This document shows positions 1 through 10,806 of a stretch of 64,000 nt of DNA, piece by piece. This stretch comes from Candidatus Obscuribacteraceae bacterium (GTDB lineage: Bacteria > Cyanobacteriota > Vampirovibrionia > Obscuribacterales > Obscuribacteraceae): assembly GCA_044226015.1 (NCBI GenBank), contig JBGAHS010000011.1:96001-160000 (forward strand), read 5' to 3'. Each line of letters starts with the position of its first letter. Position 1 is the first letter of the stretch. Both the position numbers and the translations under genes were made by a program. The notes below the pieces were generated by a model. That model worked only from the letters and a program-made list of their open reading frames with translations. It ran no database searches and was not told where the DNA came from.

Positions 1-497
1 TTGCCACTATCTGTGGTATTAAGAACAATAACGTTGGCAGGCTTCAAATCGCGATGAATAACCTTCCGTTCGTGAGCATAAGCGAGGGCTTCGCACAATT
101 GAATGCCAATAACTCTTATCTGCTCTTCCGTAAATTTATGCCCTGCTTGAAGCAATTCTTGCAATGTCTTTCCCTTCAAGAATTCCATCACCATGAACGA
201 ACGCCTATCTGGCAACCTGCCGGTGCCATAAAGTTGAACGATGGAATCGTTTTCGAAGGAACCTAGAAGACGAGCTTCGGCCTCGAACCTGCGCTCACTG
301 GTCTGGTTTCTCAATTGATCTATAGAGAGAATTTTTATCGCAACTTCTCGCTGAAGCTGAATTTGCTCGGCCTTCAACAAAACTGTGTTCTTGTTGGCGG
401 CAATGATTTCTTTGACGGCATATCCCAAAGGGCTAAACATGCTCTGAAACGACTGGAGAGTCGGTGTTGAAGAAAACGGTTGAAACTCGTCAGTCAT
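1..497 (-). CDS. Hanks-type Ser/Thr protein kinase, N-terminal part (runs off the window start)
   Basis: Not in the ORF track because no stop falls in the window. Manual translation from ATG at 497 gives REVAIKIL, RFEAEARLL, FMVMEFLKG and ALAYAHERKVIHRDLKPANVIV (catalytic loop, HRD at 48-56). Confidence 0.92.
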   Translation of the reverse strand, partial: MTDEFQPFSSTPTLQSFQSMFSPLGYAVKEIIAANKNTVLLKAEQIQLQREVAIKILSIDQLRNQTSERRFEAEARLLGSFENDSIVQLYGTGRLPDRRSFMVMEFLKGKTLQELLQAGHKFTEEQIRVIGIQLCEALAYAHERKVIHRDLKPANVIVLNTTDSG

Positions 498-759
498 CTT
501 ATACTTACTATTCTCTCAACAGTTCTAACACAAGAGCCTCAATAAGGAGACGGAATTTTCATAATTAACAAGACAAAGCCAGAAGACAGCACTTGACATT
601 CCCGGAATTGACCATTCTTCTTGATTTTTTACTCATAGAAAACCTTGCCATATCAGCACTTGTGAGAAGATAAGCAAAATCTTCGCTTGAGATCCCTCTG
701 AGAGGGCTAAAATAGCCTCCAGTATCGTTACAGAGCTACTTTCGTAGCAACAGGATGAA

Positions 760-2082
760 ATGAAAAAGACTATCTTTGCAGGACGGCTACTGAAAAACAA
801 TATCAGCCTGGGACTTACATTGTCACTGTGCAGTTTTGCCAGCACGTGCGCTGCATTTGCAGAAGACAGATCACTCATCGAATCAGCTCTCGATGGCACC
901 TATTTCGAGTCGAAGCCTCCAGTGAAGCCTGTGGCGACATCTCCAGCAGCTTCAGAGCAGAAGCGAGGTTCTGCTGCAACTGAGAAATCCAAACCTGTAG
1001 CGAAGAAAACAGCAGAAACTTCCCCACCAGCCCCAGCTGTGACATTGCAGCCCGTTGATGGATCGAAATCAAATGTTGTGCTGACACCACCAAAATACGT
1101 TGAACGTGAGATTCCAGCACCGAAAGATGAAGTTCTTCAATCACCAATTCACTCAAGCATCCAGGCAAACACAAAATCGATCATGCGTGTTCCGCTTGGA
1201 ACGAAATATGGAAAAACCATCCCGATTGACACTACATATCGTGGACAACCAGCAATTCCGAAAACCGAAACTGTAACAGTAGGAACTCCAAGCTGGGCAC
1301 CAGTTCAGAAGAAAAAATTAGCGAGCGCACCAGTAGCAGGTGTCACACCAGCAGTGGTGGCACCAATAACCGTACCATCAATGCCTGCTCCCGTTAATAA
1401 GACAGAAACGACATTACCAGCTCAGACTGCAAAGCCTGAGACAGAAGCGGTGGCTACTGTTAATGTGCGAATACAGACTCCTCAGCATCTGCGCTCCACC
1501 GACTCGATCTGGATCTATCCTTATCCACCCAAGCCACCTAAAGCACCCCATATATCACCTTTGTCGGAAGATCCACAGAGCTTGAAAAATCAAATTTTGC
1601 AATTCGGCTACTCAGCTCGACCTGACCTCGATAGACCCTACCCCGCTGGCGGATGGCGCTGGGTGCACGCATTTCAAACAGGTGTTAAGAAATCAGGGCA
1701 AGGTACACCTCATACAATGTTCACCATGTACCACTGGGTGGACAAAGTCTTCCCATACATTCTGGCTGAATGCCACGAGTTAAACCTACTGGAACAAGCT
1801 CGTTCGGAGCGATTTCTCCAGGTTTGTACTGATTATGAACGTGTACACACTGATATCGAAGCTCAAGCCACCACCAAAGGACTGACACCGTTTGAAGTTA
1901 AGGTCAATCAAAGAGGCATTGCCCAGATGGCTCTTCCGCCAGGCAATTGGTGGCTAGCTGCAACTCGCAAACAGCCCGGACTCCAGTTTTACTGGCAGGT
2001 GCCATTAACGAGCAACTCCAACCAGCCAATGGCAGTTCAGTTGTCTGAGTCCAATGCTCTGATAATAGGTGGCGGTTGGTAA
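760..2082 (+). CDS. Exported hypothetical protein with Pro/Thr/Ala-rich linker and a C-terminal beta-rich domain
   Basis: 440-aa ORF with a signal-peptide-like N-terminus (ending AAFA), a low-complexity P/A/T/K middle and a C-terminal LPPGNWW...FYWQVP segment. Confidence 0.7.
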   Translation: MKKTIFAGRLLKNNISLGLTLSLCSFASTCAAFAEDRSLIESALDGTYFESKPPVKPVATSPAASEQKRGSAATEKSKPVAKKTAETSPPAPAVTLQPVDGSKSNVVLTPPKYVEREIPAPKDEVLQSPIHSSIQANTKSIMRVPLGTKYGKTIPIDTTYRGQPAIPKTETVTVGTPSWAPVQKKKLASAPVAGVTPAVVAPITVPSMPAPVNKTETTLPAQTAKPETEAVATVNVRIQTPQHLRSTDSIWIYPYPPKPPKAPHISPLSEDPQSLKNQILQFGYSARPDLDRPYPAGGWRWVHAFQTGVKKSGQGTPHTMFTMYHWVDKVFPYILAECHELNLLEQARSERFLQVCTDYERVHTDIEAQATTKGLTPFEVKVNQRGIAQMALPPGNWWLAATRKQPGLQFYWQVPLTSNSNQPMAVQLSESNALIIGGGW

Positions 2083-2146
2083 TCCAGTCCTAGCAATCAG
2101 GTTGCTTATTCAGCAATTCAGCACACATAAAGAAGCAACTCGAAAC

Positions 2147-4279
2147 TCATTGACTTTTTTCGAGTTCTTTCTCTAACTTACGGTAGTAAGCCTGTGCGCT
2201 GGCATCGCCCGCTTCGCCTGCAAGGAGAAGGGCTCTTCTAACTTCGTGGATATTGGAATCATGCTCCAAAACAAGCTGCTGAAACTTCAGTGCACCTGCA
2301 AAGTCATCTTCGCCTTGACAGATTTCAGAGCATCGTTCTAAAGCCCCGAGTTTTCTTCCATCAAGGTCGAGTATTGATGAGCACTTCAAAGTAACCTTGT
2401 CCTTTGCTACTTTGACTGCAGCACCATTAATCTTCGATTTCATTTGAGAGCCACTTTCAAGATCGATTTGTATTAATACCTCTTTTAAGTCTGCGAGCTT
2501 GTCTTTTGCTTTGGTATCAATTAAGGACTTTAACTCGTACAACTCTGAGAGCCTGACCACATGTTGCTCTGAGCGTTTACAGAGTTCAATCGCAGACTCA
2601 ATTTCCTTTAAAGGCCGAGCAGCGTCAGCCTCCTCCAAATCGCTATAATCAGAAACATACAAACTACCAATAGCCAGGTGCCTTTGCAATGGAGGCAATC
2701 CTTCAGGCAACGGAGCGTTCAACTCCTTGTCATATCTAAATTCATAGATAAGAGCGTCGCGTTTTCGCTCTACTTCGCGGAAGAATTTGGAATTGCGATC
2801 TAGCGATAGAGCCGTCGACTCATCAAACTTAGCCTCGCGATTTCTGCCTAATCTTTTGAGGACATCAGCCCTCAAATAAAAGACTTCAGAGATGAATGGA
2901 TCCAATTCTATTGATCGATTGTAATCATTTAGGGCACCGTTCAGTTGACCTAACTTTGCCCTGGATATGCCTCTCATGCAATAGAGGTCGGGAAGAGTAT
3001 GCCTAGAATCACCTTTCTCCCAAAAACGTGATCGAGCTCTATATTCCCTGGCAATTCCTTCAGTAGAAAGACTGACAATTTTGGCAAATTCATTTTCATG
3101 GTATAAATACATGATTCGTTTGCTCAAGATTTTACCTCTATTTGTTGTGCCCGCCAGGTAGGCTCTTTCCAACAGAGCGATATGGCTCTTATCGTCCTGC
3201 GCAAATGTATCCAGGAAATTGTAAAAATAGCTCAACTCGGGCGTTTCCTGTCTGACTTCAATAAAAATCGATTCGGCCGATTTGCTGTCCCGAGGCTTAA
3301 GCTTCAGACCATCCTCCAGCCTATGGGCATACTTGAACATGCGTGCGACATCCCATGCTGAAATGCAGACACTTGCCGCTAATATCATCAGACAGATCGA
3401 AATGAAAACTGTTCTGACGACAGAGCGAGATTTTACAGGACCCTGAACCTGAACGTTCTCTGAACCCAACTTCTGCCTAGAGTTAGTTTCTCTCACTCGA
3501 ACTACATAGCGCCGAGTTATGATGTCAAAGAATGATTGACGTTTTTCAGTAAAAAACACAAAGCAATACAAAAACATGGTGAGCACCACACCCACCAGAG
3601 GACCAGTGATTTGAATCAATTGAGCCAAATTATTTTTGGCAAAAAGCAAACCAAACCCGAAACAGAGAATCCACCAAAGCACATATGAAATGCTGCTTTG
3701 AACGAACAATTTTGACGTGCTTCCCCAAAAAGAAAATTTTTCACCTTTTGCATTGAGAACCTTTAAACCTAATAGCTTCTTTCCTGGGGATGCTGCAATC
3801 TCAGAACTCTCAAACAGAGCGAAATACAACCATGGCGATACAGAAGCGAAGACGAAGAATATCGTTACTTCCACGGGACCTGTCATTTGACAATGCCCGG
3901 CATTAACTAAGATAGGAATAAAAAGCATCGCCTGAATAAAGTACAAAATTACAGCATCAATTAGCACTGAAGCGAATCTCTGCAGGAAATCGGCATATCC
4001 ATCTGAACTCGAAGGTAAAAGACTTGCTTGGGCTTCACTTTTTCCTTTTAGAATCGTCCCGCGTCCATCCTTCTGTGCTTGCTTTGAGGACCTGCTCTTC
4101 GCGGACGCATCTCCATGCTCAGCGGACTTTGTTTCTCCAGCAACTCTCGAACTTTCAGATTTACTTTTTTCAGGGTCGTTCAGAGGCGCGTTCTGCACTG
4201 CTTCGCCACCAATTATTTTCAATTTTTTCGTGTCTGATTCAACCTTCTGTTCAAACTTCGATGTTTTCTCTTCGCTCAT
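2147..4279 (-). CDS. RDD-family membrane protein fused to TPR repeats
   Basis: RDD motifs YADFLQRFASVLID, SPGKKLLGLKV and KRQSFFDIIT; TPR segment RGISRAKLGQLNGALNDYNRSIELDP. Start moved from 4468 to the in-frame ATG at 4279, which has a GGAGAG RBS. Confidence 0.8.
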   Translation of the reverse strand: MSEEKTSKFEQKVESDTKKLKIIGGEAVQNAPLNDPEKSKSESSRVAGETKSAEHGDASAKSRSSKQAQKDGRGTILKGKSEAQASLLPSSSDGYADFLQRFASVLIDAVILYFIQAMLFIPILVNAGHCQMTGPVEVTIFFVFASVSPWLYFALFESSEIAASPGKKLLGLKVLNAKGEKFSFWGSTSKLFVQSSISYVLWWILCFGFGLLFAKNNLAQLIQITGPLVGVVLTMFLYCFVFFTEKRQSFFDIITRRYVVRVRETNSRQKLGSENVQVQGPVKSRSVVRTVFISICLMILAASVCISAWDVARMFKYAHRLEDGLKLKPRDSKSAESIFIEVRQETPELSYFYNFLDTFAQDDKSHIALLERAYLAGTTNRGKILSKRIMYLYHENEFAKIVSLSTEGIAREYRARSRFWEKGDSRHTLPDLYCMRGISRAKLGQLNGALNDYNRSIELDPFISEVFYLRADVLKRLGRNREAKFDESTALSLDRNSKFFREVERKRDALIYEFRYDKELNAPLPEGLPPLQRHLAIGSLYVSDYSDLEEADAARPLKEIESAIELCKRSEQHVVRLSELYELKSLIDTKAKDKLADLKEVLIQIDLESGSQMKSKINGAAVKVAKDKVTLKCSSILDLDGRKLGALERCSEICQGEDDFAGALKFQQLVLEHDSNIHEVRRALLLAGEAGDASAQAYYRKLEKELEKSQ

Positions 4280-4494
4280 CAACTCTCCGAAAGATGTGGG
4301 TCTAAAATACGATAATCCTTGCAGGGCTAACAGCAAAACAAATTTTGTCAGTAAAAAGAATATACACTTGCAGAACAGAAATGAGCATATATTTTTGAGA
4401 AGCCATAACCATGCTCGACGCAGAGCTTTTACGATGCCTGAAAGAAAACAGGCACTGTACAAAAACAACTCATTTGAAAGTCTCGTTCAGCGGT

Positions 4495-6210
4495 TTAAAT
4501 AGCTGAAGTGCTTACTTCATGTAATGTCACTTGAATGGTCGGCTTTGAGCCGAGCTTCTGGCGAACCAGCTTACTTACAGAATCGCGAACGGATGCACGC
4601 AAAGCCAAAAGATCCTTTTCCGTATTATTGTCCAAATATTTTTGAATGCAATCTTGAATGATTGTCATCAATTCTGTTTGAGCAACAACCCACTCATTAC
4701 AGTAAGAGAATCCGAGAGCAGCTCCTTCAAAAGTTGGTGGAGCAATAAGCTTCCATTCCGCATTAAGAAGTATTCCGACATTCAGAACCCCCTCCATGGA
4801 CAAAGAACGCCTCTCGCTTACTGAGAAGGCTGTCACACTCTCCTCTTGCCCTCTGTTGTAGTACACGGCTTGAGCTTCAACGCTACCAATTACGGTGGCA
4901 ATGCCATTTCCAATTTCCAAAATCTCGCCGTTTCTCAATGGAAAGATATTTGCTTGACTCATACCAAAGTCTTGTGCAATTTGCGCATGGTGCATTATAT
5001 GACGCCCCTCACCAATCACTGGCACGAAGTATTTTGGCTTGGTCAGAGCCAACATTAGCTTAAGCTCTTCGCTACCAGCGTGATTAGAAACGTGCACACC
5101 GTCTCGAACACTTACGCGAGCGTTTACTCCCAGACTGAGCAATTTATCTAGAATCAAAGCCATCTTGCGAGACTCTCCTGGATAAATCTCGCTGGAGAAA
5201 ATAACGGTATCACCCCGCTTCAGGACCAGTTCTTTGTTTCTGCCCGATGCGAGTTCTGAGAACAGATCCATCGCATCACCATCTTCTCCGGTAGCAAGAA
5301 TCATCACCTTTGAGTCATCTAGTTTCTTAGTATCACTCAAGCCGGCTTCAATACTTCTGTCGTAAGTCAAATTACCTGTGATTGCAGCGGCAACAGCAGT
5401 TTGAATGAGAGTTTCTCCAAAGAGAACCACCCGCCTTCCAAACTTTTTGGCAAGGTCAAACAATACCTGCAAGCGCAAAGTCGGAGCACCAGGCAGTAAT
5501 ACAATAACTCGCCCTTCAGCGCTAGAGATATGCCTATTAAAACCCTTCGCCACTTTCTTCTCAGAAGGCGTATAGGAGGCGCTTTCAACACCTGCAGAGT
5601 CACTCAAAAGAAGTAAAACACCTTGATCACCGGTCTCAGCCAGCCGAGCTATGTCCATTTGCCGACCATCAATTGGAGTTTGATCTAACTTGAAACTCGA
5701 AGTATAGATTATTGAGCCTTCCGGGGTATTGATTTTGAGACCGCAAGCATCTGCAATGGCATCATTGACCTGCAACCATTCAACTTCAAAAGCACCGATC
5801 TGATACGACGTTCTGGTGTCAATGGTATCAATGGTGGTATCAGCTTTCTTCTTTTCGTTTCTAGACATCAACCGTTGTGATAGTAGGGCAGCAACAAAGC
5901 GAGGAGCCAAAATACGAGGTATCTTTATATGATCAAGCAAATAAGGAACCGCGGCGCAATGTTCTTCGTTTCCATTCGTCAACAATAAGGCAGAAATGCG
6001 TTCTTGATTTGTTTCCAAAAAACTCGTATTAGGAAGCAACAAGTCAACACCAGGAAGTGACGTACCAGGATAAGAAACACCAGCGTCAATCAGCAAAAGC
6101 TCACCAGCATAACTCAAAACCCAGAGCGCCCGTCCGATTTCACTCTGACCACCCAGGGGAAACAAGCACAAACGGTCGTACTTTAGTTCAACACCTTCAG
6201 CTACAAACAT
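4495..6210 (-). CDS. rnj: Ribonuclease J homologue (beta-CASP metallo-beta-lactamase) with degenerate zinc ligands
   Basis: FPLGGQSEIG, LLIDAG, FKLDQTPIDG, LLLSDS, HVSNHA and PKYFVP follow the full RNase J architecture, but HxHxDH reads NGNEEH. Confidence 0.85.
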   Translation of the reverse strand: MFVAEGVELKYDRLCLFPLGGQSEIGRALWVLSYAGELLLIDAGVSYPGTSLPGVDLLLPNTSFLETNQERISALLLTNGNEEHCAAVPYLLDHIKIPRILAPRFVAALLSQRLMSRNEKKKADTTIDTIDTRTSYQIGAFEVEWLQVNDAIADACGLKINTPEGSIIYTSSFKLDQTPIDGRQMDIARLAETGDQGVLLLLSDSAGVESASYTPSEKKVAKGFNRHISSAEGRVIVLLPGAPTLRLQVLFDLAKKFGRRVVLFGETLIQTAVAAAITGNLTYDRSIEAGLSDTKKLDDSKVMILATGEDGDAMDLFSELASGRNKELVLKRGDTVIFSSEIYPGESRKMALILDKLLSLGVNARVSVRDGVHVSNHAGSEELKLMLALTKPKYFVPVIGEGRHIMHHAQIAQDFGMSQANIFPLRNGEILEIGNGIATVIGSVEAQAVYYNRGQEESVTAFSVSERRSLSMEGVLNVGILLNAEWKLIAPPTFEGAALGFSYCNEWVVAQTELMTIIQDCIQKYLDNNTEKDLLALRASVRDSVSKLVRQKLGSKPTIQVTLHEVSTSAI

Positions 6211-6254
6211 TATTTCTCCAATGCGGCGACACCAAACAAATGACCTTTATTTGA

Positions 6255-7061
6255 TTAGGGAATTCTGGGGTCTACCTTTGCATTTATGTATTTGATTGAC
6301 TCTTTAATATCTTTTGCGCTGGGATGATCTGGCTTAATTTTCAGAGCAGCTTCATACTCTTTGATGGCTTCTTTATCCTTGGCTCGTCCTTGCAGAACAG
6401 TTGCTAAAGTAATGTGGGCATCAGCATTTGTGGGCGCAACCTTAACTGCTTCACGAGCCGCTTTCTCAGCTTCGTCATTCTTCTTTTCGCCCAGCAAAAC
6501 TTTGCTGTATAGCTGAAGAATTCCAGCATCGTTAGGCATTTTTTTTGCGGCTTCTTTTACTTCTGCGTTATAGGCAGCTTGCTTGCCAGGCAACTCTCGC
6601 AGACAGGAAAGCGTTTGGAAATAATACTCGCCAGAAGTCGGTTTCAATTTCAGCGCAGCTCTATAGTATTTTTCAGCATCCGTATACTTCTTCATCATTT
6701 TGCTTAAGCTGGCGACCTGCTCAACGTTCTGAGCGTCAGCTCCTTTTGCTTTGTAGGCTGCCTCGGCCTCTGCCAATGCCTCGGGCATCATATTTTGACC
6801 TTGATAGATTTTGCTCAAATTACGATGATAATTTGCATCTTTCGGGTCTAATTTTATAGCTGTCTTGAACTCTTCAATAGCTTCTTTTACTTTGCCCTGA
6901 TTGTAGAGAGCAATACCTTGTTTATTGTGAGCAAATGACTCTGGAGTTGCTGAGAAAGATGGGGCTGCGGAAATTACAAAAAGCGACCCTATCGCGCAAA
7001 GCAACTTGTACTGCGCCAATAACCTCATCAAAAATCCTCCATTACTAAGGGAAAGCGACAT
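6255..7061 (-). CDS. Exported tetratricopeptide-repeat protein
   Basis: Signal-like N-terminus and several TPR units (GKVKEAIEEFKTAIKLDPKDANYHRNL, AIKEYEAALKIKPDH). The true start may be the internal MRLLAQ. Confidence 0.85.
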   Translation of the reverse strand: MSLSLSNGGFLMRLLAQYKLLCAIGSLFVISAAPSFSATPESFAHNKQGIALYNQGKVKEAIEEFKTAIKLDPKDANYHRNLSKIYQGQNMMPEALAEAEAAYKAKGADAQNVEQVASLSKMMKKYTDAEKYYRAALKLKPTSGEYYFQTLSCLRELPGKQAAYNAEVKEAAKKMPNDAGILQLYSKVLLGEKKNDEAEKAAREAVKVAPTNADAHITLATVLQGRAKDKEAIKEYEAALKIKPDHPSAKDIKESIKYINAKVDPRIP

Positions 7062-7096
7062 CCGTTGCCGAATGTCGCTCTTTTGTTATTCCAATT

Positions 7097-8731
7097 CTAG
7101 ATCATCGCCGGTTCTCGGTATGCGCCCCATACTTCGCGCATTACATTCGAAATTTCTCCAACGGTCGCATACGCCTTACATGCTTCCAGAATGAGTGGGA
7201 AGCTGTGCTCTCCGGTCTTTAATCCGTTCTTCAATGTGCTGAGCGTTTCAGCAACTTTCTGAGAATCTCTGCGAGCACGAAGGTCAGTAAGTCGTTTAGT
7301 CTGACGTTCTTGATATTGCATACCAATTTTCAGAATCTCAATTTTCTGCCCAGGAGCTTCTTCGCGGAAGGAGTTAAGTCCGATGAACCGAAATTCGTCA
7401 TTATCTAGTTTTTGTTGGAATCTGTATGCAGCATCAGCTATTTCTTTCATGAAGAAACCCTTCTCAATGCCTACCATGACACCACCGATTTCTTCGATCT
7501 TGCGGAAGTATTCGTTAGCGCCTTTTTCCATTTCATTTGTGAGCCACTCTACATAGTAGGAACCAGCGAGTGGATCAACCACATTTGCAACACCCGTTTC
7601 GTGAGCGATGATTTGTTGTGTTCTCAGTGCGACGTGAGCAGCCTTTTCTGTAGGTAGTCCGAGAACTTCATCCATCGAATTGGTATGCAAAGATTGTGTT
7701 CCGCCCAAGACTCCTGCCAGAGCTTCAATTGCAGTACGAATGATATTATTTTCCGGCTGTGGTGCTGTCAAACTGCATCCAGCTGTTTGTGTATGGAAGC
7801 GAAGCTTCAATGAACGTTCATCTTTAGCACCATAGTGATCGCGCAAACGCTTAGCCCAAATTCGGCGAGCGGCACGATATTTCGCAATCTCTTCAAAGAA
7901 ATCGATGTGAGCATTGAAGAAGAATGAAAGGCGCGGTACGAAATCATCTACCTGTAGCCCAGCTTCGATGCCAGCGTCAACGTAGGCAAATCCATCAGCC
8001 AATGTGAACGCTAGCTCTTGAATGGCTGTCGCGCCGGCTTCACGGATATGATAGCCACTTACTGAAATTGTGTTCCAACGTGGAACTTCTTTCGTACAGT
8101 ACACCATCATGTCTTGAATCAACTTCAGAGCTGGTCTTGGTGGCAACAAATAAGTCTTTTGCGCGATGTACTCTTTAAATATGTCGTTTTGCAAAGTACC
8201 ATTCAGCTTCTTCAAGTCGAAACCGCGCTTTTGAGCGTTGGCAAGAAACATGCAGAATACGATGATTGCAGGTCCATTTATCGTCATTGATGTCGACAAT
8301 TGATCGAGAGGCAAGTCCTTATAAAGGATTTCCATGTCCTCGAGACTGTCAATGGCGACGCCGCAAACGCCGACCTCACCGTGCGCTTTCGGATCATCAG
8401 AGTCGTAACCCATAAGCGTAGGCAGGTCAAACGCTGTAGACAAGCCAGTTTGTCCCTGGGAAAGCAAATATCTGAATCTTGCATTGGTCTCTTCCGGACC
8501 GCCGTAACCGGCGAACTGACGCATCGTCCAGAATTTGCCACGATACATGTTTTTGTGAATTCCACGTGTATATGGGAACTCACCAGGTTCGGATAAATCG
8601 CGCTTTATGTCCCACCCCTTAAGGTCATCCTGGGTGTAGCAAGCTTTCAGAGGAATGTCTGAAAGGCTGTATTTGACCTGCTCCGAGCCTTCTTTTTGTG
8701 GCTTTGTCATTTCCTGGACCATCGTTTTCAC
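7097..8731 (-). CDS. B12-dependent acyl-CoA mutase large (substrate-binding) subunit, isobutyryl-CoA mutase IcmA-like
   Basis: PGEFPYTRG, WTMRQFAG, GLSTAFDLPT, ISVSGYHIREAGA and GGTQSLHTNS. There is no C-terminal DxHxxG B12-binding domain. Confidence 0.9.
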   Translation of the reverse strand: MKTMVQEMTKPQKEGSEQVKYSLSDIPLKACYTQDDLKGWDIKRDLSEPGEFPYTRGIHKNMYRGKFWTMRQFAGYGGPEETNARFRYLLSQGQTGLSTAFDLPTLMGYDSDDPKAHGEVGVCGVAIDSLEDMEILYKDLPLDQLSTSMTINGPAIIVFCMFLANAQKRGFDLKKLNGTLQNDIFKEYIAQKTYLLPPRPALKLIQDMMVYCTKEVPRWNTISVSGYHIREAGATAIQELAFTLADGFAYVDAGIEAGLQVDDFVPRLSFFFNAHIDFFEEIAKYRAARRIWAKRLRDHYGAKDERSLKLRFHTQTAGCSLTAPQPENNIIRTAIEALAGVLGGTQSLHTNSMDEVLGLPTEKAAHVALRTQQIIAHETGVANVVDPLAGSYYVEWLTNEMEKGANEYFRKIEEIGGVMVGIEKGFFMKEIADAAYRFQQKLDNDEFRFIGLNSFREEAPGQKIEILKIGMQYQERQTKRLTDLRARRDSQKVAETLSTLKNGLKTGEHSFPLILEACKAYATVGEISNVMREVWGAYREPAMI

Positions 8732-8876
8732 CTGTATTGATCAAATATTAGCTGAGTTTACCGGGAAGAACATGATACTTGCCGGCTAGCTCAGGTATGA
8801 TCATCCTCTGTTTAGACCGGAAATCCGGCATACTGTAATCATTTCCTAACGCAAATTTGATATATCGGAGAGAGTC

Positions 8877-10598
8877 ATGACAACAGCCAGTACAACCAGC
8901 GGCCATGCAATTATTGACGCCATTTTGGAAAGCAAAGCACCCATCAAGGTTTCAGCCCCACATGGCACAGAGTTGAACAGCAAAGGTTGGATACAAGAAG
9001 CCGCTTTGCGGATGCTTTTGAACAATCTAGACCCAGATGTTGCCGAAAACCCAATGGAGCTTGTAGTTTACGGCGGGTCGGGTAAAGCAGCAAGAAACTG
9101 GGATTGTTTCAAAGCTATTGTCAAATCGCTAACTGAGCTCGGTAACGATGAAACTCTGCTTGTGCAATCCGGTAAGCCAGTCGGAATTTTCAAAAGCCAT
9201 GAAGATGCCCCTCGCGTTTTAATCGCGAACTCAAACCTTGTCGGAGCCTGGGCAAACTGGGACTACTTCCGTGACCTTGAGAAACGTGGGCTCATAATGT
9301 TTGGACAAATGACCGCAGGCTCTTGGATTTACATCGGCACCCAGGGGATTCTCCAAGGCACCTACGAAACATTCGCAGAACTGGCAAGGAAACACTTCGG
9401 AGGCAGCCTCAAAGGACGCGTAGTTCTGACAGCAGGGCTTGGTGGCATGGGTGGTGCACAACCTCTTGCAGTCACGATGAATGATGGGGTTGCGCTCTGC
9501 ATAGAAGTTGACCAACACAGAATTCAAAGAAGAATTGAGACCCGTTATTGTGATAAGCAAGCAAAAGATCTTGATGACGCGCTCAAGCTAGTCAAAGAAG
9601 CGGCAGAAAAAGGGGAAGGAGTATCCATCGCACTTCTCGGAAACGCAGCGGAATTGTTACCGGAACTTATCAAAAAAGGCTTTAAGCCTGATGCGGTGAC
9701 AGACCAGACCTCTGCTCACGACCCACTCAATGGTTATGTGCCAATCGGGTACAGCCTGGATGCAGCAGCCAAGCTACGAAAGGAAGACTCTAAAACTTAT
9801 CTGAAGCACTCCGTAGATTCGATCTGTAAACATGTCGAAGCAATGCTCCAGTTCCAGAAGAACGGCTCTATTGTGTTCGATTATGGCAACAACATTCGTC
9901 AGGTTGCTAAAGACGCAGGGGTTTCGAATGCATTCGATTTCCCTGGTTTCGTGCCCGCTTTCATTCGACCACTATTTTGCGAGGGCAAGGGTCCTTTCCG
10001 CTGGGCTGCTTTATCGGGAGATCCCAAAGACATCGAGACAATAGACAAAGCTATCCTCGAACATTTTGCCGATAATGAGTCGCTTTGCAGATGGATCAAA
10101 ATGGCCGGTGAGCGAGTTGCTTTTCAGGGGCTGCCTGCAAGAATATGCTGGCTCGGTTATGGCGATCGAGCCAGACTGGGGCTCATCATCAATGAACTAG
10201 TCGCCAGCAAGAAACTCAAAGCACCTATCGTTATCGGAAGAGACCATCTCGATTGTGGTTCAGTCGCGTCACCAAATCGCGAAACAGAATCGATGAAAGA
10301 CGGCTCTGATGCGATAGCTGATTGGGTTTTCCTGAACGCTATGATCAATGCTGTTGGCGGTGCGAGCTGGGTATCAGTACATCATGGCGGTGGTGTCGGA
10401 ATTGGATATTCCCTCCACGCCGGACAAGTCATAGTTGCAGATGGCAGCAAGTCTGCTGCAGAGCGCCTTCAACGCGTGCTCACAAGCGACCCAGGAATGG
10501 GTGTGATACGCCATGTCGACGCCGGTTATGATGAGGCGATTCAGTTTGCAGAAGCTAGTGGAGTACGAATTCCGATGAAAGAGCGGCCCTCGAAATAA
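8877..10598 (+). CDS. hutU: Urocanate hydratase
   Basis: [61 protein letters not shown] and [11 protein letters not shown]. Confidence 0.97.
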   Translation: MTTASTTSGHAIIDAILESKAPIKVSAPHGTELNSKGWIQEAALRMLLNNLDPDVAENPMELVVYGGSGKAARNWDCFKAIVKSLTELGNDETLLVQSGKPVGIFKSHEDAPRVLIANSNLVGAWANWDYFRDLEKRGLIMFGQMTAGSWIYIGTQGILQGTYETFAELARKHFGGSLKGRVVLTAGLGGMGGAQPLAVTMNDGVALCIEVDQHRIQRRIETRYCDKQAKDLDDALKLVKEAAEKGEGVSIALLGNAAELLPELIKKGFKPDAVTDQTSAHDPLNGYVPIGYSLDAAAKLRKEDSKTYLKHSVDSICKHVEAMLQFQKNGSIVFDYGNNIRQVAKDAGVSNAFDFPGFVPAFIRPLFCEGKGPFRWAALSGDPKDIETIDKAILEHFADNESLCRWIKMAGERVAFQGLPARICWLGYGDRARLGLIINELVASKKLKAPIVIGRDHLDCGSVASPNRETESMKDGSDAIADWVFLNAMINAVGGASWVSVHHGGGVGIGYSLHAGQVIVADGSKSAAERLQRVLTSDPGMGVIRHVDAGYDEAIQFAEASGVRIPMKERPSK

Positions 10599-10648
10599 CG
10601 CTGCCTCTGACGCTGCGAAGCACAAAGTAGCAAAAAAACCGAACTTCC

Positions 10649-10693
10649 AGATTCAGCCCGAGAAGATTAGATCATTCTTCAAAGGCTGAATCT
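10649..10693 (+). terminator. Inverted repeat downstream of hutU (possible terminator or stabilising hairpin)
   Basis: AGATTCAGCC...GAAGA-loop-TCTTC...GGCTGAATCT. No strong U-tract. Confidence 0.35.
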
Positions 10694-10806
10694 TGCTATT
10701 GAAGGGTGCCTGCATAATTCCACAGCGTGAAGATGCGAATTCTCTCCTATCGGGCTTCGGTGGGCTTTAATAACCTGAAACTATACCAATTGGCAGGATT
10801 GGCGGA

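Noticed and set aside
54..266. 70-aa plus-strand ORF
   Set aside because: It is antisense to the Ser/Thr kinase.
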